Source: Lama guanicoe (taxonomy: Eukaryota). Taken from it: a stretch of DNA of 64,000 bases. The stretch covers positions 1,807,757 through 1,871,756 of the forward strand of contig MU054187.1 of assembly GCA_013239625.1 (NCBI GenBank), written 5' to 3'. Within the stretch, counting starts at the first letter, position 1. Each line of letters opens with the position of its first letter. This document shows, piece by piece, positions 1 through 11,519 of this stretch. A program made the position numbers and the translations under genes. Under the pieces are notes generated by a model. The model made no database searches, had not been told where the DNA came from, and worked only from the letters and a program-made list of their open reading frames with translations.

Positions 1-99
1 TTTAAGGTACTTCTCATATGCCCTTTGAGTCCGGCCTCGTGCCCAGTGTGGGGCCCCTGTGGCTACCAGGGACTGATCCCACAATCTCAAAATAGAACC

Positions 100-312
100 A
101 GGAGTGTAGGATTCAGAGACACAAACGACTATGCGTAAAGTAGGTGAGCACCCAGGATGTGCTGTGCAGCACAGGGAGTTACGGCCATTACACTGTAATG
201 GCTTTAATGGAGTTTTACCTGCAGGAACACTGAATCACTACGCTGTACACCCGAAACTAACATAATCTTGTAAATACATGGCAGTTAAAAAGTAAACAAA
301 ATAAAATAAAAT
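100..312 (+). mobile_element. LINE-1 3' UTR terminal fragment (5'-truncated)
   Basis: Typical L1 3'-end motifs 'gctgtgcagcacaggga' and 'tgaatcactacgctgtacacccgaaactaacataatcttgtaaat', then an A-rich tail; homologous to the L1 ends at 8.8k, 33.2k and 63.1k in this window. Confidence 0.8.
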
Positions 313-776
313 TTCGAAATAGAGTCTCACAGGTCCTGTCATAAATGTCTCGAAGTGTGTTTTGCGGGTTGTTCTCAGGGCCGAGACGCCGGCCCACCAG
401 GGGGTCGAGGCCACCTGACTCTGAGGCCTGGTCGCTTGTATTTCCTTCAGAAACAGGCACAGCCCAATCCTGTGCCCCTGGAAAGGGCTTCAGGGCGAGG
501 ATGCTCTGCAGCTTACAGCTACACTCTCCAGGGACGGAGGGACAACCGGTCCTCCCTGGGTGGGTGCTGAGGGACGTGAATGTTTGGTTTTGCTTCCTAA
601 TTGCAACATGCTGGAGGGAGGATACAGCTCAAACTACCTCCCCCCCAAAGACCCAAAACCCAAACCCAAACCAAATCTAATTGCAACGTGCTTTTCCCAC
701 CACACAAATGGCGGGTTTTCTGCAAGGTAAGGTGGTGCCCGGGGTGCGTGAAGTTGGGCCCACTCGCCCTTGGTAC

Positions 777-976
777 CTGCACTGGGGGGGTGCTTGGTCT
801 CCTGGGGGCCGTCCTGCCCCTCTGCCTCCGGCCGCTCGGCACGGCCCTCCTCGCAGTCCACGCTGGGGCAGTAGTGTCGGGGCTTCATGAGCAGGGACTT
901 CCTCTTGTTGACCGGGACCCCCAGCGCCGGCTCTCCAGCCCTCCTCTTCTTGGCTGGGGAGCCATCGTAGGCAGCG
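777..976 (-). CDS. ST18: ST18 third coding exon (200 nt, phase 2 to phase 1): (S)AAYDGSPAKKRRAGEPALGVPVNKRKSLLMKPRHYCPSVDCEEGRAERPEAEGQDGPQETKHPPSA
   Basis: ALGVPVNKRKSLLMKPRHY matches the ST18 N-terminus as I recall it; acceptor cttcctctgtcccctccactgcag| (AG at 978-977); donor CAG|GTACCA (GT at 776-775); in frame with the two upstream exons. Confidence 0.95.
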
Positions 977-1849
977 CTGCAGTGGAGGGGACAGAGGAAG
1001 AAAGTGGTGAAAGGGTTCACTGCTGCCTGCCCTTGACCATCACCAAGCGCAACCCAGACACCTGGGACCCAGGGGTTGGGGTCAGCGGTCAGCACGAACA
1101 ACAACAGTCCGTCCATGGAATGCACTGAACTGTGCAGACTCCATGTTACTGCCTATCAGAAGAGTTTGAAAAAATCATCCTTAATCCTGAGTGAGCATAT
1201 GTTAATCTGTGCTTTGCTTGGCACTGCGCTCAATACCAGGGAGGGATGAAACAAGATTCGCACTGGTTTGCTAATCCTGAGAAGGACCTAATGTGAAAAT
1301 ACACCAGCAGATACGAGAAACGTGTCCAGCGCGGGTAAATCACAAGGTCTTCCCACGGTGGCCTGCTGCGGGAACCGCTTATCTCTGCCGCAGTTGCACA
1401 TTCAACTTGAGATGCCACATCCTGGGCTTTGACTTGAAAGACGGGGGCATTAGGGGAGGGGACAAGCTGTGAACATTTGATCAGCTCATCCCCACCCCTG
1501 GAAAAAAGTGGCAAGATGCGGGTGGCATGCTGCCTTTGATTTTCCCTCCATTTGGCACGCAGAACAAACAAATAAAAGGAGGGGAAATAAGATTGGATTT
1601 CACAAAAACGGACAACAGTTTATCCTTCCTCCTGTTCTCATACAGTTTTGTTTTTTTTTTTTTTGGACGTGCTCCTGAGGTGGCCCTTTCAAAATAGATT
1701 TCCCACGTTCAGCTCACTTGGAATTAATGCAGATCACTCCACGTGTTGAAGTTAAGACAAACATTCTCTTGGCAAGATCCGGGAAGACCAGAGGGTTTAG
1801 ACAACAGTGAGTCTATGACATATACTATTAAATGCTCTTTGAAGAAAAA

Positions 1850-3170
1850 TGCAAGAGCTTGAGATGAACAATTCCAGAGGAGAGAACCCTGGACTCAGAG
1901 TAATGAGCCAGTGCTCACTACATCTCTAGAAGATGATCGACGCGTCAGTGACATTCCTCGGATGAGGCCTTAAATCGTTCTCTTGGAAACATCAATGCAA
2001 AGAGACACCCATGGTGGCCTGTTCATGAAAATTATTTGATTATCATCATCGTGCATAAATTCTTGAAGTTAGAAGGGGAGATGTTAAAATTTCAGAAGAA
2101 AAAAGTGGTATTCCTTCCAGGGGAAAAGGGATTCTGGAGAGAGATAATTCAAGAGGGTTAGAAATCTCTCACAAAAGACTAAACTGAGAATTGCAAATGA
2201 CCTTGATGAGAAGCAGGACAGTGAGTCTCCTAAATTAACTAAGATGCTTTTGCAAAGTTTCCCTGAGGAGCCCAAATGTATAGTGACTGCGTAAGAAGAC
2301 GGAGCAAACGAGAATCTAACGAGAGGACCACGAGAGCAAACACGTGCCTCTGTGAGGAGACCAGGGGCAGACCCACACCGTCGGAGCCTGCGGCCTGTCA
2401 AGGAGAACCGTCTACAACGCAAGGCTACAATGTCACAGCAGCAAGCCCAGGGGAGCAGGGCGCCCCTTCCTCCACCATGAAACAACACCTTCTCCATCAC
2501 GGAGGCTGAACTTGAAGGCAGGAGGGACAAAGTTCCCGGGTATGCGAAGCGAGTTCAAGAAGTTCCCTAAACCAAAGTTTCCTACATCAAGTCAACTTCC
2601 ATCAAAGATGCTTAGAAAATACACAAATAAGACCGCTCAACCGTTATCTGGAACCAAGATGGACAGAAAATGAGGAGGCTCTTGGCAAATGTTTTTCAGG
2701 TAGTAAAGCAGGAAAAGAAAGTGGATTCTAAAAACCAGTTTAAGTGCCACACTGGTATGAGGAAGAAGCCAAGAAGGGCTATTAAAATAAAGGTTTGTCA
2801 GTGCCAGGAGCACTGACCAGAGAGACGTGGGCTGGCGGGGGGATCAGCAAAGCAAGGGTCAGCCAGACGAATGTCGTTTGCCCTTCCGATGGCTGGGGTG
2901 ACGAGTGGGCTGGCTCTCTACTACCAGCAAGAGCCTTACAGATTTCGTCCCGTTAATACCATCACCCAAGTCTACTCAGAAAGACCAGTAACGTTCCCCA
3001 AGCCCCGTGGCTCATAGTCGGCGGGGCTGACGTTGAATCCGGTCTGCTGGTCCCCAAAGTTCACGCTTTCTCCCCTGATGTGCTGCCAAGTCAAATACGC
3101 TTGGGTAACGTTCGCCTGCCTTCGACCGCTGGGTGGAGTGGGGCCTGGATAAACCAGCCACTGTCCAGAC
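1850..3170 (+). mobile_element. Ancient CR1/L3 LINE ORF2 fossil, highly degenerate; boundaries approximate
   Basis: Collinear degenerate CR1-RT landmarks: 'ttggcaaatgtttttcaggtagtaaagcaggaaaagaaagtggattctaaaaac' (~ANVVPIFKKGKKVDSGNY, 2680-2735) and 'gggtcagccagacgaatgtcgtttgcccttccgat' (~KSCQTNLISFFD, 2856-2890). Confidence 0.45.
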
Positions 3171-4899
3171 TGGGCGAATGCCTACCACAGTCTTTCCCCA
3201 GTGATTCAGGACACCCGCTAGGTCGGGAGATGACACTGAGTTGCAGGGAAGACAAACATGGTGAAAAACCGAGTTAAGGCCCCTCTTCCCACCCCCTCAC
3301 CCCGCAACGTGCCCGCAGCCTGGGGCAGTGGAGTGAACCCACTGAGAGGACATTTCATGATAATAAAAAGCAATTTCAGTATTTGGGTCCAAATAGTAAC
3401 CATGGGAGGATGACGAGGGTATGTGAAGTTTTACCAAAGGTACACATTTCCCTTAAAATAAGTGACTATTTGATACTGACTGCGTCTGAATTAATAGTAT
3501 TAGCTGTGTAATCGGCAACGACTGACTGAGTCTTTGGACCCCTAAATTCCTCATCCAACCGAGGGATAATAACCTCCACACCCCAGGTTGTCCCCACAAA
3601 GAAGGTGACAGCTGCGCTGCTGATGACAAAGTTCGGTCAGGATGGGGCTCTTCTGACTCCCGGTTCTGACTCTGTGCTCCCGGGACCCCGCCGGCACCAG
3701 GCTGAGGCCGCCGCTCCCGGGCGGGCCTGGAAACCCTCCCCAGACGGATGTGAGCTCGTGTGTCCGTGAATGCGTGCTGCTTCTGTGCCAGGTCTCTGCA
3801 TTTACACCGGTTACACTGGATTCATATGTAATATTCGCTTTAAATCTCACGTTCTGTGAATTTCTCCGCTGCAAAGTAGCCATGGCCCAGGCTGCATCTG
3901 GAGCTAAAATTAGAGGCTTTATAATAAATACTACCCTTTGTGTGTGCATGGAAAATGGCCCCTTTCCCTCGTTTTCCCTGAGGGCACACTGTTTTGGCTT
4001 TATTGTGACACTTCACTGTGACACTGCGATGCAGGAAAGCCAGGCTTTACGTGCCACTGAAAGAAATGCCACAAAATGCTAACACAGCTTCTCAAGGTTG
4101 CCAGAAATAATTTCCACTGGGCTGTGTTTTCCCATCTGTGGAGCTCTGAAATGTTAAGGAAATAAATGAGCTCTATTCTCTATATTTTTCTAGTAGATGA
4201 GAAAGAAAGAGAAAAAATACACTCAGCCCTGCATTTATTGTTCTGTTCAATTGAACTGTTGCTTTAAACACCCAGCGTCCTCGGGGGGACTTGGTCAAGG
4301 CGCCAGACACCTTTCAGCACCGTGTTTCAGGTCTGCGGTTTGGATTTCATTAAAATATCTTGAAAAGATCTGTATTTTTACCTGAATCTTCTTGCTACAG
4401 GTTTGAAAAGTGCTTCCATTTAGAAACTCGAATTCTGTTTCCTTTGATGACAACATATGGCTGAAATCTGACTCAAAACACGGTGGCGGAAGACAAGGAT
4501 GGACTTGGTGCTGGAGGGACGCTTAGCGTGGAGTCGCTGACCTGCCGGGCTTCCGAAGGGAGCCCAGTAGAGCAGGGAACTGTGGCTCCCTCACACCTGC
4601 CCCATGAGCGCAGGGCTTCAGAACAGTTTTCCAGCTTACTTTCCACACAGTAATAAATTCTCAGTGCCAGTTACCAGAAGATATGCAACACATTTTGAAA
4701 TCTAGGTTCTGCAAGAGATATATGCTGAGCACATCCCCCCAAAGGAATAAAACAGAAAAGTAACCGGGAGTCATGAACCCCTGAGTCCAAGGAAACCATT
4801 TCCATGCGCCAACATTTCCGTGGAAAATTCACAGTGAGTACTCCTACCGACTTTCTCCACTTAAGCAGAACACTGCAGGCTCGGGCAAAGGGACCAAGA

Positions 4900-6250
4900 G
4901 CATGAACTTGAATTAAAAAGATTGGCAGAAAAACCAAAAGTATGATGATTGAAAAAAAAACTATTATTAGTTTCAGAGATGTGACTGTGTTTGAGAAAAT
5001 CCAAAAGAATCTGCAGATAAAATAATAGAATAAGGAAGTAAACTTAGTGGTCACTGTTAAAAATTATTTGAACTTCTATAAACCAGTAATAAAAAAAAGA
5101 GAAAAAATTAAAATAAAAGCATTTATGATGCAAGGAAGTCTGAGACACTGGGGCCCAAATCGAACAAAAGGCGTTATACAAAACAAGTAGCATTTTGAGA
5201 AAACGAAGGAAGATCTTAATAAACGGAGAAACAGAAACTGTTCGTGGACTAAAAGACTCAGCACTGCAAGATCTCTGTCCCCCCCCAGACTGATCGATCA
5301 GGTTTAATACAATCCTAAACAAACCCCAAGAAGAAACTTGTTTGAAGCAATGAACACGTTAACTCTAAAATTTGTATGGAAACTAAAAGAACCAAGAACG
5401 GCAAAAACCGTCTTGAGAAAGAACAATCATGAAGCTGAGAGACTCCCAGCCTTGGAGGTCAACGCTGATCCCAAACCGACAGCACTTAGGATGCGGTGTG
5501 ACTGGTACAAACAAACCAACAGAGCAATGGCTCGGGCTCGACACCCCACCTTTGGGTCCAGGAGACTCACGCATGTGCGGTCAACTTAGGACCAAAGTGT
5601 CATTGGGAAAAGGGTGGTCTCTTCGACGACTGGCATTGAGTCAACAGGATATTTATCTGGAAAAAAGTCTGATTCTACCTTACGGCACGTTCGACAAACA
5701 GTTCCCGAAGGCTGATGCATTTAAACCCCACACTGCAAAACAGTAAAGCTTCTGGAGAAAAGTGTGAGAACGTACCTTCGTGACCTTGGCAAAGACTTCG
5801 TAAGCGCTTTACAGAGAGCACTAATTTAAAGGAGAAGCCGGATGAACGAGAGCGCCTTAAACCTAGGAATTACTACTCATCAGAAGATGCCAACCAGGCA
5901 GGGGGGCTTCTTTTCCACGCTCTGTCTCTTGATCTGCCTCCACGAGCCTGGTTGGGTCAGAAAGATGCGCTGAGCTCAGCCCTCGTCCTGAGTACCTGCT
6001 TCCAGGTGTACGTTATACTCTTCAGACAGGTTTTCAACGGCCAATAAGGGAATTCTTCCAAATAGATAAGAAAATGACGATCAATTTAAACAGTGGAGGG
6101 TGGGGAGGGGACGGTGCAGCTCAGCGGTGGAGCGCGTGCTTAGCAGGCACGAGGTCCCGGGTTCCATCCCCAGTCCTCCACTGAAAAAGGAAAAGAAAAA
6201 ACCGGCAAACACAGGCCAGGCACATCTCCAAAGATCTGACACACAAATGA
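4900..6250 (+). mobile_element. Old LINE-1 (L1M-type) ORF2 fragment, interrupted by a non-L1 stretch (~5890-6030) and a SINE
   Basis: A-rich degenerate ORF2; ORF 5338-5589 contains LTLKFVWKLKEPRTAKTVLRKNN (L1 ORF2 'LILKFIWNxKRPRIAKxILxKKN'). Confidence 0.8.
6107..6201 (+). mobile_element. tRNA-Ala-derived SINE (camelid Vic-1-like)
   Basis: A-box 'gcagctcagcggtgg', B-box 'gggttccatccc', A-rich tail; homologous to four other copies in the window. Confidence 0.85.
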
Positions 6251-6289
6251 GGAGCCCCAGGCCCTTCCGGCTCCAGGTGGATGCAAAAT

Positions 6290-8690
6290 ATAACAGGCTT
6301 CTTGGCAAGGGAAGTGGGAACTGTGAGTGGAATCCTCCAAACCTTCTCCTCTCCATCAGCAAAGCAGTGCGTCCAAAACATTTCCGTCTAGCAGACGTGA
6401 CAGTGCTGCGCGCTCCCCGTACAGCTCCGCAGGCGCACGGCCGGCGGTCCTGTGATTTCTCCACTAAACCCGCCAGCGCAGACTCTAGCAAGGCTGACCC
6501 CATGGTTACCAGCGGGCGGCCACAGACTCAGACCAGTGATTTCTAACTGCAGCCGCTGGACCAAAATACGGGGTCTTTGCTTTGGCGGATGAGCACAGAC
6601 TCGGCTGCGTGTTTCTCAGTCTCAGACGTGCCAGGTAGATTCTCTCCTGTCTCCACTGGAGAGCAGCACCAGGAGCAGCTAGCGTCCTGGTAGCAAGACC
6701 CCAGGCTTGCCGGGGCCTGCGCAAACCTGCTGCCCGCGGCCCTCGCACAGGCTGGAGGGACCGGGTGCCCCGACATCCCGCAGAGCATCACGTGGGTGAA
6801 CGCTGCTGATGACCCCACGTTAATGCGAACAGAGAAGCAAGAAATGGCAAGCGTTTCAGAAGCGCTGGCGAGACAGATGAGCCGGCCAAGATTCAGGGGC
6901 ACACCACATCAGGGAAGTTTTCAGGGCCTTCCAGATGCCCCCACTTATGATAAAGGACAAATGACCACATCTAGTCTTCCCACCGCCGAGAAGGAAGCCT
7001 GACGCCAGACCGCCCCCCGAGGCCGCGGGAACGGCCCAGTGCACCTGCGCACGGTGCTTCTGTCCCGGCGCTGAGTGACCCGGGCGGTGGCCGGCTTTGA
7101 AAGGGCCTCTGAGCGGCTCCAGGCTGCCCTGAGGACAGCCTGGCTGGCTGGACACAGACCTGGTGGAGCCTGTGGCAAGTCTGTGGGTGTCTGGGGCACA
7201 AGGAAAGACGCTAGTGGAGTTCGTGGCAAGGTCCAATGGAAGAACCACCCCACAGAGCCGCGGGTTTCTGGAGCCAGGCCACGGCCTTTGCAGCAAAGAG
7301 GTACATGCTAGTAGACAGAGTCCCTGACCCTCACGAACCGGCTTCTGTCAATCTACCGAATCAGACTGTCGGGCAGGGACAAGGACCCGAGGGTTTAAGC
7401 AGATGATCTGGGTCACGAGGTCTGGGGAAGAGGCATGTGGGGGCACCTGTGAGAGTTAGGGTGAAATGTGAAGGCCTCTCTCCGGCTGGACAACACCCAC
7501 CAGAGCGCATTTACCAAGGGAAGAGCGTTCACCCGCCCTCCAGGCAGAGCGGCCCGGCCAGGCGTGGTCAGCCCTGTGCTAGGCTGGCCCAGCGGAGCTG
7601 CCGCTGGACTGGGGATCCAGACAGGGGTCGAGGAGTCAGGCGGGCCTGACAGCCTGGCTCCCACGAAGGTGGGTTTAGACGCTCCCCCAGCCCAGCGTCC
7701 AGTCCGCCAGCCAGAGAGAGAAATGCCAGCGATGACACCCAGGATGACGCCATCCCCCGAGCAGGCTAGCAGCGCCCGGACCCTTTACTGGAAGGAGCAG
7801 CAGATCAGCTTGGCTGGAACCGACACACGCTCTGGGCAAGGATTGCGTGACCATCTTCAGAGTCACAGACAGGACCACTGGGTCTGAGTGTCCTACCCAC
7901 CAGAGTACGTATCACGGACCAAGACACCCAGTCAGGAAGATGACCACGGGAAGAAAGTCCCTGGAGAGGCGGTTAGCATCACTCACCACACATCCCAGAA
8001 ACCGCAGGCCTGACGGAACGGCAGAGCCACCCCGGAGGGTGCAGCTGAGACGCCGGCTTGGAGGTGGTGCCCTGCGAGGGGCAGCACGCACTCAGGATGG
8101 GCATCACACAGCTCGAATACGTGAGTCCAAGAACCAAGAGGTGGGGTTAGGAGCGGCCTGGTTTGCCAGGCCTCCCTGTGAACAGCCTTACAAATCCCTC
8201 ACCCAAATCCAGGCTCAGTGGGTCTGAAGATCCTGGCCCCTGAAGGGGAGTGCTTCCACCCGGGGGCGTGTGAGGGTCCTCGCAAACTTTAAGCTCTGAC
8301 TGCCTCCCGGTCGCTTGGGCTCCTCGTGCTGGGAGACCAGCAGGCAAGGGCAAGGGCCACCCTCCCGGCAGGACTCACTGACCCAGGCCACGGGGAGCAG
8401 CTAGGCTGCTGGGTAAACAGAGGGGCACACGTCTGGCCCTTAAGTGACCCCCTGAGTGTCTCCTGGTTCTTTCTGCCCTCACTTGCCAACAAAGCAACAC
8501 GCGCAACAGCCAGACTGTCTGCAGGTCATGGAGACCAGGGCTCGGATCCCTCGGGGTGAAGGGCTGACTCACGCCGCCAGGTGAGCCCGCTCGGTGAACG
8601 GAGGTGCTCGGCAAGGAGGAAGGGGGTGGACGGTGAACGGGATGAGCCCTGAAGAGCTATCCCTGCCCCAGAGCTCTCGGGGGGCTGGCC
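6290..8690 (+). mobile_element. ERV-L (class III endogenous retrovirus) internal pol fossil: RT, partial RNase H, integrase, dUTPase; non-coding
   Basis: Ordered translated remnants: KAVRPKHFRL (~KIVNQKQYRI), DIPQSITWVNAADDPTLMRTEKQEMASVSEALARQM (~LPQDITLVHYIDDIMLIGxxEQEVAxxLxxLVRHL), LPTAEKEA (~PPTTKKEA), HEVWGRGMW (~KEIWGRGMW), WKEQQISLAGTDTRSGQG (~WKGQRFVLTGIDTYSGYG), PETAGLTER (~PEAAGLIER), ARIRESKNQEV (~ARIHGSRNQGV), QQARARATLPAGLTDPGH (~QQAKKGVTVLAGVIDPDY), GSDPSG (~GPDPSG). Confidence 0.88.
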
Positions 8691-8699
8691 GAGGCCGCT

Positions 8700-9310
8700 G
8701 TGGCAAGTGCATCACAGCTGGCGTCCCCACCGCCCGCTCCTCTCCCGGGTACCTGCCCAGCTTCCACAAAACCAGGAGACGGGCTCCTGTGGAAAAGCTA
8801 AGTCCTTTGTTTGTTTGCAGTGGGCTTCCTGAGGTCCTACTGTGTAGCACAGGGCACTGCATTCAGTATCTTGTCATAGCTTAAGGTGGAAAGGAATTTG
8901 AAAAAGAATATATATGGATACATATAACTGAATCGCTTTGCTGTGCACCTGAGACCAGCACAACTTTGTAAATCAGTTCTCCGTCAACGAAACTAAATAA
9001 AGGAAAAAGGAAAAAAGAAATGGGCCCCCTGACTCCTGAGAGAGTTACAGGCCATCGTCAACGGCACGTTGGCTTTTACACAGACGGGACGGTGGGGAGG
9101 TGGCCGTCTCTTGGAGGACAGTCCCTGAAACCCACGGCCGGCTCTCTCGGCTCTGTCGTGGAAACTCGTGACCACGCCCGCGTTTACAGAGCTGTGTTGA
9201 GCGGCAGTGTGCCGTGGTAAACCCATCACGTGAGCTTCTCCTGTGACTCATGTCATAAACTCAGCGTCGAAGATGTTGCTGTTTATCGCTGGCTGGTTGC
9301 TGTCACGGAG
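8700..9310 (+). mobile_element. Possible LTR (ERVL/MaLR-type) following the ERV-L internal region, interrupted by an L1 3' end
   Basis: Begins TGTGG right after the end of the ERV-L pol/dUTPase remnant; family not identifiable by eye. Confidence 0.3.
8833..9019 (+). mobile_element. LINE-1 3' terminal fragment
   Basis: 'ggtcctactgtgtagcacaggg...aactgaatcgctttgctgtgcacctgagaccagcacaactttgtaaatca' then an A-rich tail; degenerate flanking repeat tgggcttcctga / tgggccccctga. Confidence 0.85.
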
Positions 9311-9504
9311 CACTGACTCCACTGGCAAGGTTATTCCACAGTATCAGGTTTGTGAGAGGGGAGAGGTTAGTTTCCCATAAGGCCAGAGCTAGCACATGCT
9401 TGTTCCTCATTTAATTGGGATTAAGTTTTACGAAGGATGAATTCATTGTGTAACACCCACAACAGTTTTTTCACAAAATAGCCGAGCTATTAAAAGCCAC
9501 ATTG

Positions 9505-9531
9505 CAACAACAACAACAACAACAATAATAA
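9505..9531. repeat. (CAA)7(TAA)2 microsatellite
   Basis: Read directly from the sequence. Confidence 0.9.
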
Positions 9532-9694
9532 AAGCTTGGACTGTGCTGCGAGGTAACAGTGGAGCAGAGTTGCCCCGCATGCTGGCCGGACACGCCCTCC
9601 CCTGGGGTGGAACCCGGCCACGCTGTCAGAACACACTGCTCCTGTGACAAACCGTGTGCATTTACCGTGATTATGAAACTTGACCCTCTGAATT

Positions 9695-9825
9695 GCAATT
9701 GTCTCTCCCCGTAACCCGGAAACTGCTACGAGGGGACGGAGACTGTTTCTTGTTCGTTGTTTCCCTCCTGTGCATCCGTAAGGCCTGGGTCATGCTTGGT
9801 AAACGTTCACTGAGCTTGAACGCCT
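9695..9825 (+). mobile_element. L2 LINE 3' end fragment
   Basis: 'tgtctctccccgtaacccggaaactgctacgaggggacggagactgtttcttgttcgttgtttccc...' resembles the L2 3' terminus. Confidence 0.55.
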
Positions 9826-11458
9826 CCCAGGTGTCAGTGTACAAAGACGACCTCGGTGCTTAACAGGACCCCAGGGAACTGCGCTTCCCCCAGAGAGACA
9901 TCAGAAAGCTGCCCATCCAACATTCGGACGGCGTGGCCGCCCACCCTCTTTGGAACAGAAGGTCCAGCGAGCTTCGGCTCCTGGTTTCTTCACCACCGAG
10001 AGGCTGCTTTGGCAAGACAGCCAGGAAAGAGGCGGGGCTAAGTTAACAGCAGCAGGTGAGTCAGGAAATCCCAGGTGGTGCACACGAGGATTGGCCAAAT
10101 GACCAGCTGGTTATTTCCAAACTCTGCTCCCCGAGACGGCGGAACAATCAGGCAGTTTTAAAGATGATTCAACCCTCACGTGAACCAAAAATTTAAAGGG
10201 AACAACTGTTTAATCTTATTTAAAACACAAATACACCAAAACTTGGAATACAGTCCAACATAAAATTGGGATGTCCTCTAATCCACACCCAAAGAAAAGT
10301 GATGGATCTCAGGTAAATAATGTGGTCCAGCCAAGCTCCTTTGGATTGCTTACAGATTGACGGGTCAGTTCCACTCATGTGTAGCCACACAGCTGTGCAA
10401 TATATAAACATGACGTTCACTGGCCTCTTCAGAAGCGTAATGGGATGGGTCATTCATAGGAACTGCCGCAAAAGACAGAAACTGGATATACTAAGGCGAA
10501 ATTAGAAAACTAAAGACAGTGAGAGCTGGTTATTATGTAAATTTTAGAGTGAGGGCACCAGAAAAGTTCAGCAAGAATTTACACGCAAAGGGAGATCTGT
10601 TGTTTGCTGGTAATTTGGCTTCATTAAAGCCGCAGTTTGTTTCTTTTAATTTATTGAGTAATACTTCAAAATACTTTTTCTTAAGTGTATAAAGCACTAA
10701 ACTCTACATGGTTTTATACTAATTTTGTCAAAAAGCGGTATAAAACTAAAAGTATTAAGAAAAACTAAACAAATGATCTTATTTTGATCATGAAGAAATA
10801 TAGAAGTGAAATTCACATAGTTCACAAATGTTTGCCTTGCCAATATAATTATATTTCAGGAGAAGATGTTTAAAATAGCCTTACTTAAAAAAAAAACTTC
10901 AAAAGATTATTGCACCATCTTAGTGGCTCTATGATAAGCATTTTACTATAGATCGTGTCCACTAAAAAAATCAAATGCGGTTGAGTAATTATAGCGTCTT
11001 GACAATTTAAGTTAAATGCATTTGTAGAGCTGGTTTCAAAGTTGCTCTCTCCACTTGAATGAATTAGGCAATACTCTTGATTCCTTTTTTTTTTTTTTGA
11101 CTTAGAGTTTGTATTCCTAACCAAAAAATAAGATAAAATAAAATGAGAGCAGTGACATTCTGTGATAATGGGGATAAAAACACGGTGCATTATCCTTGTA
11201 TATTATGTTAGTATGTGATAGGGCCGTATCTACTCATTTTTGTGTGTATTCACAAATGCCTAGTTTTATAAGAAAACAAAGCAAGTCCCCTTTAATTTCC
11301 CTAGCACAGTATTTTACATAATTTTATGTAGCAATTGAGCTACCAGCAGAAATTTTGTTAGAGGAGTATGCTTGCAAAAATGGTTAAATGAACAAAGCAA
11401 AAAGCTTGGGTGCTATGTCATCAGAGGGTGGGTGGTGCCCTTGCTCCCCAGGCTGGGT

Positions 11459-11519
11459 CTCCAGGCTGCAGGCTGCCAGGGTTCTCCAGGCTGCAGGCTG
11501 CCAGGGTTCTCCTGGCTGC
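11459..11519. repeat. 25-bp tandem repeat, 2.4 copies (ctccaggctgcaggctgccagggtt)
   Basis: Two perfect units at 11459-11483 and 11484-11508 plus a partial third. Confidence 0.9.

Noticed and set aside
634..1125. 163-aa ORF as a single-exon gene
   Set aside because: Only 976-777 resembles ST18 and is bounded by splice sites; the flanks are intron read-through.
4313..4330. REST/RE1 site (TTCAGCACC half-site; similar at ~18017 and ~40276)
   Set aside because: The right half-site GGACAG is absent.
6290..8690. Domesticated retroviral gene
   Set aside because: Catalytic YIDD is lost and there are many stops, frameshifts and deletions; no long intact frame.
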